From: a virus
IMG/VR virus record: IMGVR_UViG_3300025704_001538
Coordinates: 1-64,000 of that record
Direction: 5' to 3' (one strand)
DNA: 64,000 nucleotides
Each line of letters opens with the position of its first letter. The stretch's first letter is position 1. A program made the translations under genes and the position numbers. The notes beneath the pieces are model-generated. The model did no database searches and had not been told where the DNA came from. It saw only the letters and a list, made by a program, of their open reading frames with translations. Below, piece after piece: positions 57,374 through 64,000 of this stretch.

Positions 57374-58921
57374 ATGGGAACTAAGTCAAAAATAGAAAAA
57401 ATACGAGAGATAGAAAACCGTATTATTACTGAAAAAATCGGTAATAAGTTACCCAGTCAAATAATTCAAGAAATGAAAAAAATAGGAATCGAAAGGTTAC
57501 CTTATTCTTATTCAGCCGTTGAACGTTTTATAGATAAAGAAACTATGAATGTTCATTATAACAAACACTATAAGGGATATGTTGAAAAACTCAACAAAGC
57601 GATTAAAGATAAGAGAGGTAAAGATAAGAATCTCGAAGACATTGTAAAAACAATATCAATGTTCGATTATACAGTAAAAAACAACGCTGGCGGAGCCTTT
57701 AATCACGCATTATTTTGGAAAATGTTGAGTCCAGAAAAACAAAGGTGTTCAGGTGAGATATATAAAAAGATAATTAAAGACTTTAAAACTTTTAATAATT
57801 TTAAAAGTAAATTTGAGTCCGTCGCACAAAAAAGGTTTGGTTCAGGATGGGTTTGGTTAGTTTTAACAAAAAATAATCGATTAAAGATAATGTCGACCCC
57901 GAATCAAGACAACCCTCTTATGAACACAATTAAAGGGGGTGGGTTTCCATTGTTAGGTTTAGACCTATGGGAACACTCATATTATCTTAAATATAGAAAT
58001 AAAAAAGATGATTATATAAAGAATTTTTGGTCAGTGGTTAATTGGTCATTTGTAAATGATTTATATAATAGTCAAAATAAGGGAACCTTGACTGAGTCAG
58101 TACGACCCAAGGAGTTATTAGTTGAGTCTGAAAGTTCAGGATGTTCATCAAGGGATGTGAAAGAAACTATCGATTTATTCAATAAAAACCCAAGAATTAA
58201 ATGGTCTTATAGAAAGGCGATAGATGAAATCTTTAAGGAAATATTTAAAGATTTTTGGAGAGAAAAACAAGGGGACCAGTTATCAGGTATTTATGATTTT
58301 GAGTATGAAGGTGTGGTCGAACCAGGAAGGTCAGTTCTAAATAAGATTAATACCAACGCAACGACATTTTGTCTATTAATGAATGATATGAACAAGGTGT
58401 TAAAGTATTACGGACACCAACCAATTAGTTTCAAAGGTAAAAGTGAAAGTCAACAAATAAAAGAGGTTTATAGATTTATAGGTTATATAAGAAATTTTAA
58501 AACAAGATTATTTGGACATGCGTCAAAAACGTTAACGAATATGTATAAAACTGTTAATAGAAGACACAAACAAGGTGACAGAACTGAACAAAATTCTGTC
58601 AAACTTTTAAATAAAATTTTTGGTGATGGAAATGTAAAACAAGTTGGTGAGATGGGTAGTGTCGTCGATGCGATAGGTGGAGTTGATGCCGTGATAAGAA
58701 CACCTGAAGGTGATAAAACAGCACAAATAAAACCATTTAAATACTATACAGAAGACGATGGTAAAATCATTATGTTTGATACGGGAGTTATAAAACCCTA
58801 TAAAACTGATTGGTTAGTTTTTCATAATAGCAAAAAAGGTGTAATGGTATTCGATAATAGTAATACTGAGATAATAGGGGGTAGATATGTCTTTAATAAA
58901 GAGGATTTATATAATACTTAA
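57374..58921 (+). CDS. Mn/Fe superoxide dismutase fused to a C-terminal PD-(D/E)XK-like domain (515 aa)
   Basis: LPYSYSAVE, HYNKH, NNAGGAFNHALFW, FGSGWVWL, NQDNP, LDLWEHSYY; C-terminal GDRTE..GGVDAVI..TAQIKP. Confidence 0.85.
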   Translation: MGTKSKIEKIREIENRIITEKIGNKLPSQIIQEMKKIGIERLPYSYSAVERFIDKETMNVHYNKHYKGYVEKLNKAIKDKRGKDKNLEDIVKTISMFDYTVKNNAGGAFNHALFWKMLSPEKQRCSGEIYKKIIKDFKTFNNFKSKFESVAQKRFGSGWVWLVLTKNNRLKIMSTPNQDNPLMNTIKGGGFPLLGLDLWEHSYYLKYRNKKDDYIKNFWSVVNWSFVNDLYNSQNKGTLTESVRPKELLVESESSGCSSRDVKETIDLFNKNPRIKWSYRKAIDEIFKEIFKDFWREKQGDQLSGIYDFEYEGVVEPGRSVLNKINTNATTFCLLMNDMNKVLKYYGHQPISFKGKSESQQIKEVYRFIGYIRNFKTRLFGHASKTLTNMYKTVNRRHKQGDRTEQNSVKLLNKIFGDGNVKQVGEMGSVVDAIGGVDAVIRTPEGDKTAQIKPFKYYTEDDGKIIMFDTGVIKPYKTDWLVFHNSKKGVMVFDNSNTEIIGGRYVFNKEDLYNT

Positions 58922-58928
58922 TATTTAT
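58922..58928 (+). promoter_or_regulatory. TATTTAT motif (putative late promoter)
   Basis: 13 nt upstream of the neck-gene ATG. Confidence 0.55.
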
Positions 58929-58941
58929 AATAAAAAGGTAT

Positions 58942-60054
58942 ATGTCTGCAATAACTGAACCACAAAGAAGTAAATTATTTACTAGAATAAAACACCTATT
59001 AGGAGCTCCTATAAGAGGTGTTGAAATAACCGATGAAATGATGGACTCACTATTAGAGTTGTCCATACAGGATTACGCTCAATATGTTAATGATTGGTTA
59101 ATAGAATCACAATGGACCTCGTTATATGGTTTAAATTTAGATGAACAGTCATTAACTAGAGCATTTATTAGTCGAAGTTTAGACTGGGAAACTCAGTATA
59201 CTTACGCATATTCTAAGATTGTGGGACTTCAAGCGGGGGGTGACTCCGTTTTGAAGAAAGATTATATTGATTTGGTTGCAGGACAACAGATTTATGAAAT
59301 ACCCAAAGGAAGAGAATTAAATGAACTTTTATGGTTTAGTCGAGCAGAATTAGACGCCGCTTATTTTGACCCATTTATGGGTGGATTTGGTGGTTTTGGT
59401 GGAGGAGGTTTAGGTGGTGGCGCTGGTTTTTCACAAATGGGTACTACAGGAAATTATTTTATAACTCCCGCTTTCGATATCTTATTAAGAATGCAGGATA
59501 TTAACATTAAAAGAAGAATAATTTCGGGAGAGTTAACATATAGAGTTACCGCACTTCCTAATGGTAAAAAGGCAGTACACCTAATGAACGTACCTGGAGG
59601 TAAGTTTGATTTCGGGAACCTTGAAAACAATCAATACAAAGTATGGTATTGGTATTACGAAACCGATGATAGGGACTCATGTTTAGCGGAAAACCCTGAT
59701 ATTGTTAGACTTCCTTCAGATATTCCGATAGATGAAATGTTATGGGATGAATTAAATAGTCCGGCACAGACATGGGTAAGAAGGTGGTTCACGTCATACG
59801 TAAAAGAATCATTAGGTAGAGTTAGAGGAAAATACCAGGGAAATTTAAAAACGCCTGATTCGGAGATACAATTAGAATACGATTCGTTATTAACAGAATC
59901 TAAAGATGAAAAATCTAAATTAATTGAAGAATTAACACAGAGATTAGAAAGGTTAAGACCTGACAAAATGATGGAGAGACAGGCAAGTGAGGCTGAAAAT
60001 TTAAATAAATCATTACAATATAGGGCATTCCCAAGACAGTTTTACTCTATCTAA
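58942..60054 (+). CDS. Neck/head-tail adaptor protein (T4 gp13-like)
   Basis: HLLGAPIRGVEITDEMMD matches the gp13 LGAP..VE motif; KESLGRVRGKY near the C-terminus. Confidence 0.75.
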   Translation: MSAITEPQRSKLFTRIKHLLGAPIRGVEITDEMMDSLLELSIQDYAQYVNDWLIESQWTSLYGLNLDEQSLTRAFISRSLDWETQYTYAYSKIVGLQAGGDSVLKKDYIDLVAGQQIYEIPKGRELNELLWFSRAELDAAYFDPFMGGFGGFGGGGLGGGAGFSQMGTTGNYFITPAFDILLRMQDINIKRRIISGELTYRVTALPNGKKAVHLMNVPGGKFDFGNLENNQYKVWYWYYETDDRDSCLAENPDIVRLPSDIPIDEMLWDELNSPAQTWVRRWFTSYVKESLGRVRGKYQGNLKTPDSEIQLEYDSLLTESKDEKSKLIEELTQRLERLRPDKMMERQASEAENLNKSLQYRAFPRQFYSI

Positions 60055-60055
60055 A

Positions 60056-60388
60056 ATGGCGATATTTAAATCAACACCAGTTACTAAAATTATTAATGGT
60101 ATCACCATTAAAACATCAGAAGCAACTTTATTAAGTAATTCTAATTATAAAACTAACGGAGAAAGTGCGATTATTGTTAAAGACCTTAAGGCTTGTCAAG
60201 TAGAATTAGATTCAAAAACTACCGAAAATATAACAATAAAAGCTCTTTGTGATGTATTAATAATTGCCGATTACTCTATAGATGATGAGTATGATGAGAT
60301 ACAACTTAATTCAGGGGCATCTGTAGAGTTAAGATTTTTAAGAGATGGATGGTATATTATGTCATCTGATGGGTTAAAGAACTCATAA
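60056..60388 (+). CDS. Hypothetical small beta-rich virion protein (110 aa)
   Basis: ORF coupled to the neck gene; ends ASVELRFLRDGWYI, reminiscent of fibre/baseplate beta-sandwich modules. Confidence 0.55.
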   Translation: MAIFKSTPVTKIINGITIKTSEATLLSNSNYKTNGESAIIVKDLKACQVELDSKTTENITIKALCDVLIIADYSIDDEYDEIQLNSGASVELRFLRDGWYIMSSDGLKNS

Positions 60389-63116
60389 TAGTCTTATTTT
60401 TATTTACATATTCCTTATTTACTAAATCCATAGTGTTGTCTACATACATGTAGTATGGGTCTATTCCCACAGATTTCCAAAAAATTTGTTCTGTATCAGA
60501 AAGAGTTAATACCTCATCTAAAGTGTCTTGGTCACCGTCCTTTCTTGGATACCCCCTAACAAGTTTTGTTTGTGTTTTAGTAAATAGAGGTCTATCATCA
60601 GGATTTTCTACAAGTATTTCATCCCTAATCTCAGGAGAAAAAACAACCAATAAAGGTTCGATACGTTTGTTAAACGCAGTGATATAACGAGGGACATTGT
60701 AATCACCCAACTTATCGGGGTTTTGCTCAATATCATTTTCATCTACGTAATAACAGTTAATAACCACCTCATCTTTTTTCTTTTGTACATCACCGTGTGA
60801 TTTACGAGTACCGTTATTTACATAATAAATGGTATCGCCAAGACCGACACTAAGACCATTTGCCATTGCAAGTTCCATATGTGCTTGACGAGACATGAAT
60901 GACCCTGACTTAGTTCTTTTTGTGATGTGAACTTTATATTCCTCGATACTTTGTTTTACCCTCGCCTTATTTGCAATTTTTGCAATCGGTATTTCACGAT
61001 TATAAAGTTTACCTACGTAATCATAATAAGAATCCAAAAACTCCTGACCTTTACCGTCCAACAACATACTAAGACCCGAATCCAAAAACTCGGCAACGTA
61101 TGTCTGCAGTTTTTTAGATTTAATAGTGTTACCTGTGAGTTTCACCTTTCCCTTATCCGTGAGTAGAGCGTAGTTTTTACGGGCAACATTAATTGTTGCC
61201 GGCCATTGTCCATCAGTATCAAGACCCATTTCATCTCTCATAAACAAATCATTATACTCCGCAACATCAGCTTCAGACCCCGAATATTCTTTATCCTTCT
61301 CAACCAAACCGTTTAATCCTTTTCCTATGTATGTGTGCGAATCACGACCTTCAGGAACTGAGAAGTTAACACCATCAGTATCCATAACGAGTGGTTCATA
61401 CCCTCTCTGCATAAACCACATAATCATCTGTCTAAGGTATTGTCTACCCGTACAAGTAATTTGTTCACCCATATCCATGTCACCCCACGGAAATACATGT
61501 GGGGCGGACAACGAACCAAAAAATGCGTTAATAAAAATTTTAATAGGAAGTTGTTTACGGTTATATTGTGATGATAACTTAGGGTCGGTAGTATAATGGT
61601 CAGAAGCCAGTTTCTTGTACTTGATACGAGTATCACGGAAATACTTCAACATACTCTTCATCGCACCTGTAACGTCACACTTAGGGAATACATCGTGTAC
61701 CAATTGAATAGAGGGGTATAGAGACGAGTAATCAAGTTTAAGTACATCAGTGGAGTACCCGACCTGTAATAGTCGTGAGAGACCCCCTGTAAACGAACGC
61801 TTGTCCCCTTTCTTTGGTATTGCAAGTCCGTGTTTGTACGACCAAGACATCATAATCATTTTCCATAGTGTCGCAGTTCCCATTGTGGAAAGTCTTTCGT
61901 ATGTGGTAGGTACAAGTTTTGCAAGAAGGAAGTTCGCTTGATTGAACTCCTCATCAACAACCATAGTTTCCCAAATATCGTCATATAGGTATCTTTCGAT
62001 GAGATACTCTCCATTTACTTTTTCGTAATGACCAGGAAATCTTTCCATAAGGTTTTCTGTGCCAGGTGAACCCATTTCTTTATACCCGCCTGTTTTGGGG
62101 TTGAAGTAATAGTCTTTGTTATCGAAATAGATTTTACCAATCTTATCACCCTTAACATATACACGGTTTTCTTTTTCTGCTCCGATAAACTGGGTGATAT
62201 ACTTAAGACCCCAACTTTTGATGTCCGAGTTAATGGCTTGAGCTCGTCTGACTGCATGTGCAATATCTACGATATTATACCCCCACATCATCGTTTGGGT
62301 ATAGTCCTCCATCTCGTTGGCCAACTTGAGCATCCCGTTCTTTTGTCTTAATGTTTTTTCAGGGTTTAAGGTTTTCGCCACTTTATTTATATCTAAACCG
62401 AGTATAGTTGCACGAGTCAATATAAAAGGAAAGTCGAAAAACGCGGAGTTATATCCCCCTATAAGTGTTGGTTTTAGATAATTTATAGTATTAAAGAAGT
62501 CGATTATCATTTGTTTTTCTTCTTCTTCATTTTGGGCGGATATAACCTTTTCAAACCCTCGATTGTCTTTCATACCGATAAGGAACATTTTATTCTTTGT
62601 CGCATCAAGACCTGTGGTTTCGATGTCGAATACAAATCGGTGAACCTCATCATACTCGTCGAACCCCTTAAACAAACGTTTTTGCTTTTGACACAGATAT
62701 TGTTCTACTGGTGATAATATTGCGATAGCGTTTGTATTTTCTCTATCCCATGGGTCTAATCCACCCATTTTAAAAAAGTTTACGAGGTTAGAGTAAGTTT
62801 TGGTTGTTTTAACCATATACTTTAGACCTTGTTCCATTCTTTCATCGCCACGAGTGTCTAACTTTTCGATGATAATACCATGTTTGGACATGGCTTCCTT
62901 TTGTGCATATTTGGAACCGTTATAAAAGTTCTTACCTTTTAAGTCTCCAACCCATGCAAACGGGATAAAAGTTTCTGATTTAATTTGTTTTCCTTTTAGT
63001 GGGTCTTGAATGACTTTAAAAATCTTATTAGACCTGTAGTCGTATTCTAACGCTACAATATACTTTTCTTCATCCTCTCCGTGGAGGAATTGTTCAATTT
63101 CTTCTTGAGATACCAT
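60357..63116 (-). CDS. Family B DNA polymerase with 3'-5' exonuclease
   Basis: FDIETTG, GYNSAFFDFPF, YLYDD, LDYSSLYPS, KIFINAFFG, MDTDG, RKNYA. Confidence 0.95.
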   Translation of the reverse strand: MVSQEEIEQFLHGEDEEKYIVALEYDYRSNKIFKVIQDPLKGKQIKSETFIPFAWVGDLKGKNFYNGSKYAQKEAMSKHGIIIEKLDTRGDERMEQGLKYMVKTTKTYSNLVNFFKMGGLDPWDRENTNAIAILSPVEQYLCQKQKRLFKGFDEYDEVHRFVFDIETTGLDATKNKMFLIGMKDNRGFEKVISAQNEEEEKQMIIDFFNTINYLKPTLIGGYNSAFFDFPFILTRATILGLDINKVAKTLNPEKTLRQKNGMLKLANEMEDYTQTMMWGYNIVDIAHAVRRAQAINSDIKSWGLKYITQFIGAEKENRVYVKGDKIGKIYFDNKDYYFNPKTGGYKEMGSPGTENLMERFPGHYEKVNGEYLIERYLYDDIWETMVVDEEFNQANFLLAKLVPTTYERLSTMGTATLWKMIMMSWSYKHGLAIPKKGDKRSFTGGLSRLLQVGYSTDVLKLDYSSLYPSIQLVHDVFPKCDVTGAMKSMLKYFRDTRIKYKKLASDHYTTDPKLSSQYNRKQLPIKIFINAFFGSLSAPHVFPWGDMDMGEQITCTGRQYLRQMIMWFMQRGYEPLVMDTDGVNFSVPEGRDSHTYIGKGLNGLVEKDKEYSGSEADVAEYNDLFMRDEMGLDTDGQWPATINVARKNYALLTDKGKVKLTGNTIKSKKLQTYVAEFLDSGLSMLLDGKGQEFLDSYYDYVGKLYNREIPIAKIANKARVKQSIEEYKVHITKRTKSGSFMSRQAHMELAMANGLSVGLGDTIYYVNNGTRKSHGDVQKKKDEVVINCYYVDENDIEQNPDKLGDYNVPRYITAFNKRIEPLLVVFSPEIRDEILVENPDDRPLFTKTQTKLVRGYPRKDGDQDTLDEVLTLSDTEQIFWKSVGIDPYYMYVDNTMDLVNKEYVNKNKTIMSSLTHQMT

Positions 63117-63186
63117 AATTTTAATTTTTACACTTGAGATATTATCCTCATATCGTAATGATATGATTACTCTTAGTATTGATTAA

Positions 63187-63215
63187 AGTATATGGATTTT
63201 TTAATGGAGAGTCAA
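63187..63215 (-). promoter_or_regulatory. Sigma70-like promoter of the DNA polymerase gene
   Basis: Minus strand TTGACT-17 nt-TATACT(TT). Confidence 0.7.
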
Positions 63216-63565
63216 TTTATATTAATGAATAACTTTTCTCTGATTGGACATATTAAGTCCCCATCTTTTGTTGTGATTGTAAACTCACCTATAAATCTAC
63301 CTGACTGATTAGTGTCTCTTAAAGACCATTTGTAGTATATGTAATACTCTTTTGGTGAGTCGGGGCTGTTTAATAATTTTTCGGTTATAAACGCATTGTT
63401 CATAATAATTTTTTGTGCCCCGTCCGATTCTCGTTTCATGGAAAATCTTATAGATGCATTAACTAAATCCTCATTAAATTTTTTATAATTGTCAGTTCTA
63501 CCGTCATTCACCACTTCCATAGTAAGTATGGGTAATTCACTATTATTTTTAATAAAAAATTCCAT
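63212..63565 (-). CDS. Hypothetical virion protein, BppU/Ig-like (117 aa)
   Basis: MEFFIKNNSELP..Y.W...DT..SG.F.GEF.I..P pattern. Confidence 0.5.
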   Translation of the reverse strand: MEFFIKNNSELPILTMEVVNDGRTDNYKKFNEDLVNASIRFSMKRESDGAQKIIMNNAFITEKLLNSPDSPKEYYIYYKWSLRDTNQSGRFIGEFTITTKDGDLICPIREKLFININ

Positions 63566-64000
63566 TTAACAACCCGTTACTGTTATTTGTCCTGCGGACC
63601 CTTCAACATCATTATAACCATACCAGTAACCACCGTTGGTTCCTGCGGAACTAAAGTTTACAACTATTGTTGAAACGTATGCTCCATTATTATCGACACC
63701 ATCAGACGACCCTAATGCGTCTGAACCATCGGGTTCAGATTCTGATGATATATTATATTGGTCAGCCATCCAAAACTGTGTTGTCGAGCCACTACTACAT
63801 ACGTGGAATTGGTACTCAACTCCACATTCTAACGTTAAATCAGGTTCAACCTCACCGTTAATGACCCATTGACCACTACCGTTTAATTGTACGTTATATC
63901 CTACAATACCACTACCTAATCCATCATAATCACAAGTACCATATAATTCTACTGCCATACCACCTCCACAATCAGTAAGCGTATAAATCGTTGTGCCCGA
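63566..64000 (-). CDS. C-terminal end of a larger protein truncated by the window edge; cupredoxin-like last domain
   Basis: Frame stays open upstream of the track's ATG to 64000 (SGTTIYTLTDCGGG-MAVELY..); PDLTLECGVEYQFHV..YWY..AGQITV. Confidence 0.7.
   Translation of the reverse strand, partial: SGTTIYTLTDCGGGMAVELYGTCDYDGLGSGIVGYNVQLNGSGQWVINGEVEPDLTLECGVEYQFHVCSSGSTTQFWMADQYNISSESEPDGSDALGSSDGVDNNGAYVSTIVVNFSSAGTNGGYWYGYNDVEGSAGQITVTGC

Noticed and set aside
59375-59430. GGT/GGA-rich repeat in the neck gene
   Set aside because: Encodes a Gly-rich loop (GGFGGFGGGGLGGGAGF); no evidence of a separate element.
24347-63116. Inteins or introns in nrdA, helicase, recA and polB
   Set aside because: Protein lengths are ordinary, motifs are contiguous, and no splice-junction or homing-endonuclease signatures were seen.
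63566-63958. Track's 130-aa ORF as a complete gene
   Set aside because: Frame remains open to the window edge, so the ATG at 63958 is probably internal.

Overview
A 64-kb, AT-rich, densely coding segment of a large myovirus (T4-like contractile-tail architecture). The host is probably Bacteroidota, inferred from SprB-like repeats, a Flavobacteriia-type class Id RNR with the ATP cone on the beta subunit, and A-rich, Shine-Dalgarno-free translation starts. Most genes are on the minus strand: neck, sheath, tube, chaperones, tape measure, tube initiator with an OmpA-like insert, LysM/gp53-like, giant hub, then a replication block (SSB, RecA, 5'-3' exonuclease, DnaB helicase, NrdB/NrdA), gp25/gp6-like wedge and further baseplate proteins. 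These end in a >=2899-aa ORF (8699 to <1) that the ORF track misses, carrying 3-4 vWA domains, Cys-rich modules, Pro/Thr linkers and SprB-like repeats. A plus-strand block encodes an SNF2 helicase, a Mn/Fe-SOD fused to a nuclease-like domain and a gp13-like neck protein, facing a family B DNA polymerase. Most notable: a shared N-terminal '(I/L/V)xE' leader on unrelated proteins (possible head-packaged cargo, including the SOD-nuclease fusion), a probable +1 frameshift in the tail chaperone pair, a sense-strand TATTTAT late-promoter-like motif, and a C-terminal domain shared by the giant adhesin and a baseplate protein. No tRNA, rRNA, CRISPR array or IS element was seen. All product calls come from motif recognition by eye; no searches were run.
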